DNA of 64,000 bases from an uncultured Mycoplasmatota bacterium. Lineage in GTDB: Bacteria; Bacillota_I; Bacilli_A; RF39; UBA660. The notes below the pieces were generated by a model. The model made no database searches. It was given only the letters and a program-made list of their open reading frames with translations, and was not told the DNA's origin. The stretch lies in NCBI GenBank assembly GCA_900552235.1, contig URYZ01000001.1:177-64176 (forward strand), read 5' to 3'. Shown here piece after piece: positions 8,585 through 18,937 of this stretch; within the stretch, counting starts at the first letter, position 1, and each line of letters begins with the position of its first letter. A program made the translations under genes and the position numbers.

Positions 8585-11576
8585 TACTGATAAAGTTAAA
8601 AAAGAAAAAAAAACTGATAATAATGAAATGAAAAAAATAAGGTTAAATATTGATTTTAAAAAAGTATTAAATAAACTGAAACCTAAAAAAGAAAAAGTTA
8701 AAGAGAATAAAAATATTAATATTAATGATATAAAACAAGAAAACATTGAAAATATTGATAATTTAGAAGGGACTGTAGCTAATATGAAAAAAGTAACAGT
8801 AAAAAAGAAAAAGAAGAAAAAAATTAAAAAAGCAAATGAAAACTTTAAAGGAAGAAGAGTTGATAAATTATTTATCTTAAGCTTAATTGTTTTGACTGCT
8901 TTAGTATTTGGTATTTGTTATTTACTTTTTGGTAAATTAATTGCTCTTGGAATGACATTTTTATTTGTCGTTGTAATGGCTTTTACACAAATACTTGATA
9001 ACACTGCTAGAAATAGTAAAATAAGAAAGATTATAAAAACAATTGTTATTATTGGTATAGTTTTCTGTATCGTTGGCGTTGTTGTGATGGTTGCTTTCTT
9101 TATATATATAGCGATTAAAGCACCCGAATTTGATTTAGAAAAATTCGAGAGAAATGAAACAACCCTTATTTATGATAATAAAAATGAACTTAAAGCAACA
9201 CTTGGAGAAGAAAAACGTGAAAAAGTTACATATGATGAAATACCGGAAGTATTAATTAATGCAATTATCGCTACAGAAGATTCAAGATTCTTCCAACATA
9301 ATGGATTTGATGCTCCAAGATTTATGAAGGCCGCAATCGGACATGTTTTAGGTCATGATTCTGGTGGTGCTTCCACTTTAACAATGCAAGTTTCAAAAAA
9401 TAATCTTACTAACTCTGATGTTAGTATAACTCGTAAATTTACAGATATATATTTATCTATCTTTAAAATAGAAAAAAATCTTTCTAAACAACAAATAATA
9501 GAATATTATGTAAATAATCCTTATTTAGGTAATTATTCATATGGAATAGAACAAGCATCTTTATCTTATTTTGATAAACATGCTTATGAACTTAACTTAG
9601 CTGAAGCATCATTAATCGCAGGGTTATTTCAAGCACCTGGAGAATATGATCCAACTGTAAATCCAGAATATGCTTATGAAAGAAGAGAAACAGTTTTAAA
9701 TTTAATGGTTAGACACGGATATATAACAAAAGAAGAAGCTGAAATTGCTAATAATATATCAATTGAATCAATTTTAAATGCTAATTCTAATTCTACTAGT
9801 ATTTATCAAGGATATATTGATTACGTTGTAAAAGAAGCTATTAAGAAAACTGGTCTTGATCCTTATTTCTATCCAATGGAAATATACACTAATATGGATA
9901 CAAAAAAACAAGAAGGCGTTAATAATGTAATGAATGAAAAAACATATACATGGCCTAGTGGAAAACCTACTCTTCAAGCTGGAGTTGCTGCTATTGAATC
10001 AACATCTGGAAAAATCTTAGCAATAGGTTCAGCAAGAAATAGAAAAGGTGAAAGGGTTTTAAGTTATGCAACTGATATAAATAAACAAATTGGTTCTACC
10101 GCTAAACCACTATTCGATTATGGTCCTGGTATGGAATATAATAACTGGAGTACATATACAATTTTTAGGGATGAAAGATATTCTTATACAAACGGTCCTG
10201 TAATGCAAAACTACGACTTTAGATATCTTGGCGATATAACTTTAAGATATGCTCTTAGTGACTCAAGAAACGTTCCTGCTTTAAAAGCTTTCCAACAAGT
10301 TGATAATAAAAAGATTTATGAATTTGTAACATCTCTTGGAATTGTACCAGAAACAACTGAAGGAAGTACATACTTACATGAAGCTCATTCAATTGGATCA
10401 TTTAATGGCTCTAACCCACTTACTATGGCAGGAGCTTATCAAGCATTCTCTAATGGTGGATATTTCTATGAACCATATTCTATAAATAAAATTGTATTAA
10501 GAGATACTGGTGAAACATTTAACTATTCATCAGACAAAACAAAAGTAATGAGTGATTCTACTGCTTATATGATTACTGATGTATTAAAAGCAGTTGCTGT
10601 TCAAACTGGTGTTCGTGGAGCAATCGGAACTCCTATAGCTTTAAAAACTGGATCAACTAATTATGATTCAGCAACAATACGAGAAATGGGATATCCTTCT
10701 ACAGCATCTCCGGATGGATGGATTGTTGGATATACGCCAAATATAGTCATGGCAATTTGGACTGGTTTTGATACTAATACTAAGGGTGAATATTTAACAA
10801 ACTCTCAAATGGCAACACATCGTAATGCAATTTATAGAGCACTTGCTAAGGCTGTATTTGATAGAACTGGGCAAGACTTTAAACGACCTTCAAGTGTTAT
10901 TTCGGTAACTATTGAAAAAGGAACAAATCCTGGACTTCTTCCAAGTGAAAACACACCAAGTAATATGAAGATTACTGAATTATTTAAAAGAGGGACAGAA
11001 CCTACTGATATTTCAAATGCTTATATTCCTTTAGAAAATGTAACAGGTTTAACTTCAAGCTATGCTAATGGTGAACTAACACTTACATGGAATGCTGTAA
11101 ATATTCCAACATTAAATAAAGGTGAAGACCAAAAATTTGGAAACTTTGGATATAAGGTTTATGCTGATGGTAAACTTCTTGGATTTACAAAAGATGCTAC
11201 CTACTCTATTACAACTGATAATCCATATGCAACATATGTTGTTTACACAGCATTCAAAAAAGTTGATACAAATAGATCTAGTGGTGAAACGCTTACCTTA
11301 TCACCTGATGTAACATTTAATTATTATGGTAATGATGTTACCCTTCACATTGGAGATACATATGTCGAAGATAATTTAAAAAATATTATTCGTGTTTATA
11401 TGGAAGGTAGTGATGTTACAAGTGAAGTTACAATAACAATAAAAATGACTGATGAAACAGGTGAAGTTGTTGATACTATTGACACAACAAAACTTGGAAC
11501 ATACAAAGTAGAATACTTAGTACAATATAAAAATGCAAGCAAGACATTTACAAAAAATATAACCGTTTTAGAATAA
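8574..11576 (+). CDS. ponA: Class A penicillin-binding protein PBP1A (glycosyltransferase GT51 plus transpeptidase) with a long C-terminal extension
   Basis: The GT51 motifs EDSRFFQHNGFD...RFMKAAIGH, a TM anchor and the transpeptidase SxxK/KTG region are present. GGAGG lies 5 nt upstream of ATG 8574. Confidence 0.9.
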   Translation: MKNNTDKVKKEKKTDNNEMKKIRLNIDFKKVLNKLKPKKEKVKENKNININDIKQENIENIDNLEGTVANMKKVTVKKKKKKKIKKANENFKGRRVDKLFILSLIVLTALVFGICYLLFGKLIALGMTFLFVVVMAFTQILDNTARNSKIRKIIKTIVIIGIVFCIVGVVVMVAFFIYIAIKAPEFDLEKFERNETTLIYDNKNELKATLGEEKREKVTYDEIPEVLINAIIATEDSRFFQHNGFDAPRFMKAAIGHVLGHDSGGASTLTMQVSKNNLTNSDVSITRKFTDIYLSIFKIEKNLSKQQIIEYYVNNPYLGNYSYGIEQASLSYFDKHAYELNLAEASLIAGLFQAPGEYDPTVNPEYAYERRETVLNLMVRHGYITKEEAEIANNISIESILNANSNSTSIYQGYIDYVVKEAIKKTGLDPYFYPMEIYTNMDTKKQEGVNNVMNEKTYTWPSGKPTLQAGVAAIESTSGKILAIGSARNRKGERVLSYATDINKQIGSTAKPLFDYGPGMEYNNWSTYTIFRDERYSYTNGPVMQNYDFRYLGDITLRYALSDSRNVPALKAFQQVDNKKIYEFVTSLGIVPETTEGSTYLHEAHSIGSFNGSNPLTMAGAYQAFSNGGYFYEPYSINKIVLRDTGETFNYSSDKTKVMSDSTAYMITDVLKAVAVQTGVRGAIGTPIALKTGSTNYDSATIREMGYPSTASPDGWIVGYTPNIVMAIWTGFDTNTKGEYLTNSQMATHRNAIYRALAKAVFDRTGQDFKRPSSVISVTIEKGTNPGLLPSENTPSNMKITELFKRGTEPTDISNAYIPLENVTGLTSSYANGELTLTWNAVNIPTLNKGEDQKFGNFGYKVYADGKLLGFTKDATYSITTDNPYATYVVYTAFKKVDTNRSSGETLTLSPDVTFNYYGNDVTLHIGDTYVEDNLKNIIRVYMEGSDVTSEVTITIKMTDETGEVVDTIDTTKLGTYKVEYLVQYKNASKTFTKNITVLE

Positions 11577-11663
11577 AAGTCACGACAAATGACTTTTATT
11601 TTTTGTTTAAATATTGATAGATTTAAATAAATATTGTATAATTAGTTTATGCTTTAATAAGGA

Positions 11664-13664
11664 GTGATTAAATTGGATAATGAACAAGAAAAACAAATAA
11701 AAAAAGGAAAGAAAAATAAATTTAAAAAAGTAATTAATATAACATCTATTTTAATGTTTATATCATTCTTATTTCTTTCATACTCTATCCTTTTAATAAG
11801 TGGAGTTGAAACAGAATTAAGATATATTGGTATAGGTATTTTATTACTTATAAATTTAATTGTAATATTCCTTTTAAGAAAAATAATTAAGAAGAAAAAA
11901 ATAAGTAGATATATTATATATTTTATTATTCTACTTATCTTAACTGTAGGACAAGCAACTTTAGGTTATTTTGTTTTTAAAACTTACTCTTCAATTAACA
12001 ATATAAATAAAGATAAAATAACTTACTCTACTTCATTAGTTGTAAGAACGGATAGTAAAATTGAAGAACTTAAAGATTTAAAAGATAAAAAAATAGGCAT
12101 TCTTAACGATAAAAATGATATTGATAATCATGTTTTAGGAATGCAGTTAATAAAAAATGAAAAGTTAAATGATAATAACACTATAGTTGATTATGATGAT
12201 TTGAGTTCTTTAATTAGTGATTTATATAAAAAGAAAGTTGACGCTATTATTGTTTCAAGTAACTATGTAACAATGTTTAAATCAATTGAAACTTATAGTA
12301 AAATTGAAGAAGAAACTAAAGTTATAAAATCTATAGAAAAGACATACAAAAAATCTGAAATTAGTAAAATAACTGGTGAAGATGATACAACACTAAATCA
12401 AAATTCAAGTATTAAAGAACCATTTACCCTTTTACTTATGGGAGTTGATGCTACTGGAGATAAACTAAATAAAAATGCTACAGGAAATGGTGATTCCTTA
12501 ATGCTTATTACATTTAATCCTAAAACATTAAATGCCACAATATTAAGCATTCCAAGAGATAGTTATGTATATATTCCAAATATGGGAACTGAAAATAAAA
12601 TAACACATGCTGCTTGGGGTGGTACTAATCATATGATTAGAACGATTGAAAACTTTACTGATGTTAAAATTAATTACTATATGAAAATCAACTTCCGTGG
12701 AGTTGTAAAACTAGTTGATGCTTTAGGTGGTGTATATATTGATGTTCCAACAGATATGTGTACCGATAATAGTTATAGATATGGAAAAATATGTTTAAAA
12801 GAAGGATACCAAAAATTAAATGGTGAACAAGCTTTATCATTTGCAAGAAATAGATATGCTTTTGCTACAGGAGACCTTCAAAGAGGAGTTAATCAACAAA
12901 TTGTTGTTCAAGCTATGTTAAATGAACTAAAAAATATTAAAAGTGCTAGTCAAGCTTTAAATATTCTTGATACAGTAAGTGAAAGTATGGATACAAACTT
13001 TACAACAAAACAACTCTTATCTTTCTATGATATATTTAAAACAGTTTTAGAAACAAGTAGTAATGATAGTAACTTAATAAATGTTCAACAACTTTACCTA
13101 GCAGGATCTGGACAAAATATCTATGATGAAAGAACTGGGTGGGTTTTATATAACTATATAATTAATCAAAGTAGTTTAAATAAAGTAAAAGATGCAATGA
13201 AAAAGAATTTAAGTACATCAACAAAAACAATGACTAAAGAAATGGACTTTGACATTGAAGACAAATTTGAAATGACTACAATTGGTAAAACTGGTTTAAG
13301 CGCCACAAAATTATATACCCTACTTCCTAACTTTGAAGGAAAAAGTATTGATTATGCAAAATCTTGGTTAAACAGTAATGGTATAACTGATATAAAAATA
13401 GAATATGTAGAAAGTGATAAAGATGATGGAACTATTCTATCACAAAGCTTACATTCTTCTAAAAGAGTTGATTTAATAAAAGGTTCTATTACATTTAAAG
13501 TAGCAGAGAAAAAAGAAGAAGTAGTTGATCCTACCCCAGTAGAACCAACTGACCCTACAGACCCTACTGAACCTAGTAACCCTGAAGAAGGAAATACTAC
13601 CGAAAACACTGAAAAACCAGAAACTCCAAGTACAGGAGAAAATACTGAAGAAACAAATAATTAA
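11664..13664 (+). CDS. LytR-CpsA-Psr (LCP) family cell-wall polymer transferase with a PASTA-like domain and a Pro/Thr/Glu-rich tail
   Basis: The LCP core is LLMGVDATGD...GDSLMLITFNPKTLNATILSIPRDSYVYIP...NFRGVVKLVDALGGVYIDVP...EQALSFARNRY. The C-terminus is PTPVEPTDPTDPTEPSNPEEG. Confidence 0.8.
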   Translation: MIKLDNEQEKQIKKGKKNKFKKVINITSILMFISFLFLSYSILLISGVETELRYIGIGILLLINLIVIFLLRKIIKKKKISRYIIYFIILLILTVGQATLGYFVFKTYSSINNINKDKITYSTSLVVRTDSKIEELKDLKDKKIGILNDKNDIDNHVLGMQLIKNEKLNDNNTIVDYDDLSSLISDLYKKKVDAIIVSSNYVTMFKSIETYSKIEEETKVIKSIEKTYKKSEISKITGEDDTTLNQNSSIKEPFTLLLMGVDATGDKLNKNATGNGDSLMLITFNPKTLNATILSIPRDSYVYIPNMGTENKITHAAWGGTNHMIRTIENFTDVKINYYMKINFRGVVKLVDALGGVYIDVPTDMCTDNSYRYGKICLKEGYQKLNGEQALSFARNRYAFATGDLQRGVNQQIVVQAMLNELKNIKSASQALNILDTVSESMDTNFTTKQLLSFYDIFKTVLETSSNDSNLINVQQLYLAGSGQNIYDERTGWVLYNYIINQSSLNKVKDAMKKNLSTSTKTMTKEMDFDIEDKFEMTTIGKTGLSATKLYTLLPNFEGKSIDYAKSWLNSNGITDIKIEYVESDKDDGTILSQSLHSSKRVDLIKGSITFKVAEKKEEVVDPTPVEPTDPTDPTEPSNPEEGNTTENTEKPETPSTGENTEETNN

Positions 13665-13668
13665 TGAA

Positions 13669-13693
13669 TAAAAACAGGTCAGCCTGTTTTTTT
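13669..13693. terminator. Bidirectional rho-independent terminator shared by the convergent LCP and AI-2E genes
   Basis: aaaaacaggtcagcctgtttttttt. The stem is AAACAGG/CCTGTTT, with an A-run on one side and a T-run on the other. Confidence 0.55.
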
Positions 13694-14677
13694 TATTAAT
13701 TCTTTTATTATCTCTTCTAGTATTATGTAAAATGGTATAGCTATTAATACACCAAGTATACCAAATAAATTACTACATATTACTAAAGCTAAGATAGCTT
13801 TTAAATTATCTATTTTATTTGTTTTTTCATATATTTTAGGATCTATTATATAACCATCTATTATAGGAACAACAATTGCTATTATTAAACATATAATAAA
13901 TAGCTTTTTTGATACACAAAATCCTGTAATAAGGGCAATAATATTAGTAAATAGTCCTCCAAAATAAGGAATAAATGTTGTTATACCTGCTAAAAAACCT
14001 AATAATAAATAATTAGGATGTCCTACAACTGAATAAATAATTGTATATTCAATTATTTCTACAATTACTATTATACTTGTTCCTTTTAAATAATTTGTTA
14101 AGGCTTTATCAATATTAATTATTATATTATATAGTTTTTTATTATTTAAAGATAATAAAAATAATCTTATTTTTTCTTTTATATAATCCATTTTAAAGGT
14201 AAAAAAAATACTTAATATAAATACAATAATTATATTAGTAATTGTATTTAATGATTTAGATAATAAATCAAATGATATAAATTTATTTATTATTTTATCT
14301 ATTTCTTTTACTAATATATCTTTTATATAACTAAAATCTATATTAGTATTATTAAAAAAGTACTCTATTTCATAAGATAAACTTATTATTTGATTTAAAA
14401 GTATTGGAATAGAAAAGTAGAAAATAATACTTATTATTAATAAAATTAATACAATTACAAATACTCTTGATATATTTTTATTTATCTTTATAAATTTAGA
14501 AAAAGCATTTATCACATATGAAATAACAAAAGATATTATTATTGGTAAAGTTATACTTTTTAATACAATAAAAATATCTTCTATAAAAAAGAATGATTTG
14601 GAAAAGAAAAAAAGAATAACAGTAATTAAAGCAAAATTAATTAATTTAAAATTAAGTTTGCTCAAAATTACCATCAT
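13679..14677 (-). CDS. AI-2E family transporter (UPF0118/PerM-like)
   Basis: It has 8 TM helices and ...TNYLKGTSIIVIVEIIEYTIIYSVVGHPNYLLLGFLAGITTFIPYFGG..., typical of the AI-2E family. Confidence 0.65.
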   Translation of the reverse strand: MMVILSKLNFKLINFALITVILFFFSKSFFFIEDIFIVLKSITLPIIISFVISYVINAFSKFIKINKNISRVFVIVLILLIISIIFYFSIPILLNQIISLSYEIEYFFNNTNIDFSYIKDILVKEIDKIINKFISFDLLSKSLNTITNIIIVFILSIFFTFKMDYIKEKIRLFLLSLNNKKLYNIIINIDKALTNYLKGTSIIVIVEIIEYTIIYSVVGHPNYLLLGFLAGITTFIPYFGGLFTNIIALITGFCVSKKLFIICLIIAIVVPIIDGYIIDPKIYEKTNKIDNLKAILALVICSNLFGILGVLIAIPFYIILEEIIKELIKKTG

Positions 14678-14687
14678 CCTTTCATAA

Positions 14688-15125
14688 CTATTTTTCTATT
14701 ATAATAGTAGTTGGTCCATCATTTATTAAACTTACTTTCATATCACTTCTAAAAATACCTGTTTCAACTTTTAAATTAGATTTTTTTAATTCTTCAACAA
14801 ATAAATCATATAAAACATTTGCCTCTTCATGTTTAAGTGAATTTATATAACTAGGTCTATTTCCTTTAGAAGTATCAGCATACAAAGTAAATTGTGACAC
14901 AACAAGTAATTCTTTATTAAGTTCTAAAGCACTTAAATTCATTACATTATTACTGTCTTCAAATACTCTTAAATTTACTATTTTATTAACAATATATTTT
15001 ATGTTAGATATATCATCATTATGTGTAAAACCTACAAAGATTAATAATCCTGAATTAATTTTACCAACTTCTTCTTTATTTACAACAACACTTGCATTTA
15101 ATACTTTTTGTACTACTACTTTCAT
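14688..15125 (-). CDS. dtd: D-aminoacyl-tRNA deacylase
   Basis: MKVVVQKVLNASVVV...GLLIFVGFTHND...SQFTLYADTSKGNRPSY. It lies downstream of relA, as in Firmicutes. Confidence 0.9.
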   Translation of the reverse strand: MKVVVQKVLNASVVVNKEEVGKINSGLLIFVGFTHNDDISNIKYIVNKIVNLRVFEDSNNVMNLSALELNKELLVVSQFTLYADTSKGNRPSYINSLKHEEANVLYDLFVEELKKSNLKVETGIFRSDMKVSLINDGPTTIIIEK

Positions 15126-15127
15126 TA

Positions 15128-17266
15128 TTAATCTACCTTTCTAACTGTTTCTGTTACATGTTTTACTTTATTTATTTCTTTTATACATCTATCTATTTCA
15201 GTTGTATTATTAACAAACAATGTTACTAAATATACATAATAAGATGATTTACTAATAATATTCATACTTTCTACTTGAATATTTATGTTATTAACAGCTT
15301 GCATTATATCAAATAAAATATTTTCATTTGATGAAGTGTACACAAGAAGTTCAGTATAATATTTATTTTTTGTAACACTATTAAATCTAGCATCAATTAC
15401 TTTTTCATCTAAAGTTTCAACATTTAAACAATTTTTTCTGTGAATACTAATGCCGTTATTTTTAGTGATAAATCCTATTATTTCATCACCAGGTACAGGA
15501 TAACAACAACTCGCAATATGTGTTTTTATATTATTTGTATCACCAACAATTATATCATTTTCAAAAGTTTTAGTAACAACTTTTTTAGGCTTTTCCTCTT
15601 CTTTTATTTCCTCTTCATCTTGTTTTTTCACAACACTTTTGGCACTATATTTACCATTACCTATATTAAGGTATAAATCTTCAAGATTATCTAATTTTAA
15701 TTCCTTTAAAACTTCATTTAAGTTTTCTTGTTTCATAAAATCAGTTATAGCTATTTTTTCTCTTCGTAATTCTTTTTCTAATAAATCTTTGCCACTTGTT
15801 ATATAATCTTCTTTACTTGTTTTATTAAAGAAAGCTTTTATTTTATTTTTAGCTTGAGTTGTTTTTGCAATATTTAACCATTCTCTTGAAGGTCCTTGAC
15901 TTGCTTTATTTGTTATTATCCTAATAACATCTGTATTTTTAAGCTCATATGATAAAGGTACCATATTATTATTCACAATAGCACCCACTGTTTTGTCCCC
16001 CACTTCACTATGAACACGATAAGCAAAATCAATTGGTGTAGAACCTTTAGGAAGTTCAAAGACATCTCCTTTTGGTGTATATACATAAATACTGTTATTT
16101 AAAACTTCATTTGTTACTGTATTAACAAAATCTTCATTACTTAATTTTTCTTCATTAAGCTCAATAATTGATTTATAAAACTGCAATTTTTGTTCTGTTA
16201 TGTTTTGCATTTCAACCGAAGCATTTTTTCCTTCCTTATAAGCCCAATGAGAAGCAATACCATTTTCAGCAATTTTATCCATATCATAAGTTCTTATTTG
16301 AATTTCAAAAAGGTTACCATCTGGTCCAATTACGGTTGTATGAAGAGTTTGATAAAGATTAGTTTTAGGCATAGCAATATAATCTTTAAATCTTTTAGGA
16401 ATAGGTTTATATTTTGAATGAATAAGTCCTAAAGCTAAATAACATTCTTGTTCTTTTTCGACAAGAATTCTAATAGCAAGAAGATCATATATATCATTAA
16501 AACTTCTACCTTTATCAAGTTTTTTATAAATACTATAAATACTTTTAGAACGTCCTTTTATTTCATGTTTTATTTTATTTTGCTTAAGTAAATTACTTAC
16601 TTCATCCATCATATTATTAACATAAGAATCTCTTTCCACTTTAGTTGTATTAAGTTTTTCGGCAATATCAAAATATATTTCAGGTTTTAAATATTTTAAA
16701 GATAAATCTTCTAGTTCACTTTTAATTTTATGCATTCCAAGTCTATGAGCTATCGGTGCAAGTATTTCTAGTGTTTCTTTTGCCTTTTTCTTTTGTTTTT
16801 CAACTGGTAAAGCATAAAGTGTTCTCATATTATGGAGTCTATCAGCTAGTTTTACAATAATAACTCTTACATCCTCACTCATTCCTACGATTATTTTTTT
16901 ATAATAACTTGTTAAATATTCATTCTCTGTTGAAATATTTATATTGTTAATTTTAGTAACACCATCAACAAGTTTTGTTATTTCTTTGCCAAATTCTTTT
17001 TCCATTTCATCCATACTTGTATCAGTATCTTCTAAAGTATCATGTAAAAGTCCTGCACATATTGTTTCTTTATCTGCTTTTATTGTTGTTAAAATATAAG
17101 CCACATTTAAAGGATGAATTATATATGGTTCACCAGTTCTTCTTCTTTGCCCATCATGCTTTTCTTTAGCAAAGTGATATGCTTTATCAATTAGTTTTAT
17201 ATCTTCATCATCTAAATATGTTAAATTATTTCTTACTGTTTCGTAACTAATATCCTCTTTTTTCAT
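15128..17266 (-). CDS. relA: Bifunctional (p)ppGpp synthetase/hydrolase RelA/SpoT
   Basis: It has an HD domain (HDGQRRRTGEPYIIHPLNVAYIL), a synthetase domain and TGS/ACT C-terminal domains, in 712 aa. Confidence 0.9.
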   Translation of the reverse strand: MKKEDISYETVRNNLTYLDDEDIKLIDKAYHFAKEKHDGQRRRTGEPYIIHPLNVAYILTTIKADKETICAGLLHDTLEDTDTSMDEMEKEFGKEITKLVDGVTKINNINISTENEYLTSYYKKIIVGMSEDVRVIIVKLADRLHNMRTLYALPVEKQKKKAKETLEILAPIAHRLGMHKIKSELEDLSLKYLKPEIYFDIAEKLNTTKVERDSYVNNMMDEVSNLLKQNKIKHEIKGRSKSIYSIYKKLDKGRSFNDIYDLLAIRILVEKEQECYLALGLIHSKYKPIPKRFKDYIAMPKTNLYQTLHTTVIGPDGNLFEIQIRTYDMDKIAENGIASHWAYKEGKNASVEMQNITEQKLQFYKSIIELNEEKLSNEDFVNTVTNEVLNNSIYVYTPKGDVFELPKGSTPIDFAYRVHSEVGDKTVGAIVNNNMVPLSYELKNTDVIRIITNKASQGPSREWLNIAKTTQAKNKIKAFFNKTSKEDYITSGKDLLEKELRREKIAITDFMKQENLNEVLKELKLDNLEDLYLNIGNGKYSAKSVVKKQDEEEIKEEEKPKKVVTKTFENDIIVGDTNNIKTHIASCCYPVPGDEIIGFITKNNGISIHRKNCLNVETLDEKVIDARFNSVTKNKYYTELLVYTSSNENILFDIMQAVNNINIQVESMNIISKSSYYVYLVTLFVNNTTEIDRCIKEINKVKHVTETVRKVD

Positions 17267-17504
17267 AATTAATCCTTTCTTTGTAATATCTTATATTTAA
17301 ATAATTACAATTTAATATATCATTTACTATTTCACTTAAAGATAAATCTTTTTTATTTTTCCAAGAATTAAAAAAATATGAAAATATATCTTCTTCAGTT
17401 ATATCATTCACACCTAACTTTTTAAAATAACTAACTCTATTTCTTAAAGCAGGATATATTCTTATTTTTAAATCTTCTAGTGATGTAAAATCCATATTAA
17501 CCAT
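17247..17504 (-). CDS. Hypothetical 85-aa protein overlapping the relA start by 20 nt
   Basis: It is an ORF only. No recognisable family was found. Confidence 0.3.
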   Translation of the reverse strand: MVNMDFTSLEDLKIRIYPALRNRVSYFKKLGVNDITEEDIFSYFFNSWKNKKDLSLSEIVNDILNCNYLNIRYYKERINYEKRGY

Positions 17505-17577
17505 CTTCTTTCTTATTTATATCTATATTATATATGATTATAAATAAAAATTAAAGAAAAATCTAACATTAGTTAGA

Positions 17578-18723
17578 TTAATTTAGTAAAGATTTTATTA
17601 TTTCTACTTTATCTAATTTTTCCCATGGTAAATTATCCTTTCCAAAATGTCCGAAACAAGTTGTTAAATGATATATTGGTTTTGAAAGTTCTAGTTCATT
17701 TATGATATTTTGTGGTTCAAAATTAAATACTTTATTTATGATTTCTAATATTTTATCTTCAGGTATTTTATTAGTGTTATAAGTATTTATATATAGTGAA
17801 ACTGGTTTTGACATACCTATTGCATATGATACTTGAAGTTCCATTTTAGAACAGATTTTAGACGCTACGATATTTTTACAAACATATCTTGCATAATAAG
17901 AAGCACTTCTGTCAACCTTTGTATAGTCTTTACCAGAAAAAGCACCTCCACCATGACCACAAACCCCTCCATATGTATCAACAACTATTTTTCTACCAGT
18001 TAAACCACTATCAGCAATCGGACCTCCAAGAACAAATCTACCTGTTGGGTTAATATAGATTTTAGTATTTTCATTTATCATTTCTTTTGGAATAGTTTTA
18101 TCTATAATTTTTTCTTTTATATCTTTTCTTAAAGTATCTAAATCTATTTCATCATGCTGTGCTGAAATAACTATTGTATCTACATATTTTGGTACATCAT
18201 CAATATAACATATTGTAACTTGTGTTTTACCATCTGTCCTTAGGTATGGGATTTTTTTTGTTTTAAAAGCATTATATAACTTTTCTGACAATTTATTTGC
18301 TAAATATATAGAATATGGCATAAAGTTTTCTGTTTCATCTGTAGCATAACCAAACATCATTCCTTGATCACCTGCCCCAAGAAGTTTAGAATCACTTGAT
18401 GTATTTACTCCCATAGCAATATCATTTGATTGAGTATTAATGTTTATACTAACTTTAACATTATTTCCATTAAAACCTAGATTATCATTATCATAACCAA
18501 CGTCAATAATGGTATTTCTAACAATTCTTTCAATGTCAATTTTTGCCTTACTTGTTACTTCACCCATAACTACTATTCCATTTTTATGGGCACATACTTC
18601 TACAGCCACTCTTGAAGAACTATCTTCTTTTAAATATGCATCTAATATCATATCTGCTATTTTGTCACATAACTTATCTGGATGTCCAGGTGTTACTGAT
18701 TCTGATGTAAATAATTTTTTCAT
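17578..18723 (-). CDS. metK: S-adenosylmethionine synthetase
   Basis: MKKLFTSESVTPGHPDKLCDKIADMILDAYL...GGGAFSGKDYTKVDRSASY is canonical MetK. Confidence 0.95.
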   Translation of the reverse strand: MKKLFTSESVTPGHPDKLCDKIADMILDAYLKEDSSSRVAVEVCAHKNGIVVMGEVTSKAKIDIERIVRNTIIDVGYDNDNLGFNGNNVKVSININTQSNDIAMGVNTSSDSKLLGAGDQGMMFGYATDETENFMPYSIYLANKLSEKLYNAFKTKKIPYLRTDGKTQVTICYIDDVPKYVDTIVISAQHDEIDLDTLRKDIKEKIIDKTIPKEMINENTKIYINPTGRFVLGGPIADSGLTGRKIVVDTYGGVCGHGGGAFSGKDYTKVDRSASYYARYVCKNIVASKICSKMELQVSYAIGMSKPVSLYINTYNTNKIPEDKILEIINKVFNFEPQNIINELELSKPIYHLTTCFGHFGKDNLPWEKLDKVEIIKSLLN

Positions 18724-18743
18724 AATATCCCTCCTTTTTACCT

Positions 18744-18885
18744 TAAAAAGAAAAGTACATAGAATAATCTATGTACTTGATTATCCTTATTTTTCGATTA
18801 TAACATCGCAGGAATTAGCACCTAATTTAATAGGTTGCCGGATTTCTTAGGGCCTGTCCCTCCATCACTCTTAATAAGGTAAATT
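18744..18885 (-). ncRNA. SAM-I (S-box) riboswitch with an intrinsic terminator in the metK leader
   Basis: The minus strand reads CTTATTAAGAGTGATGGAGGGACAGGCCCTAAGAAATCCGGCAACC...GGTGCTAATTCCTGC (SAM-I consensus core). It is followed by the hairpin AAGTACATAGA/TCTATGTACTT plus a T-run. Confidence 0.8.
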
Positions 18886-18937
18886 TTTATTTACATTTAT
18901 AATTTTAATCTTTTATTTATACTTTGTCAAATGTTTT

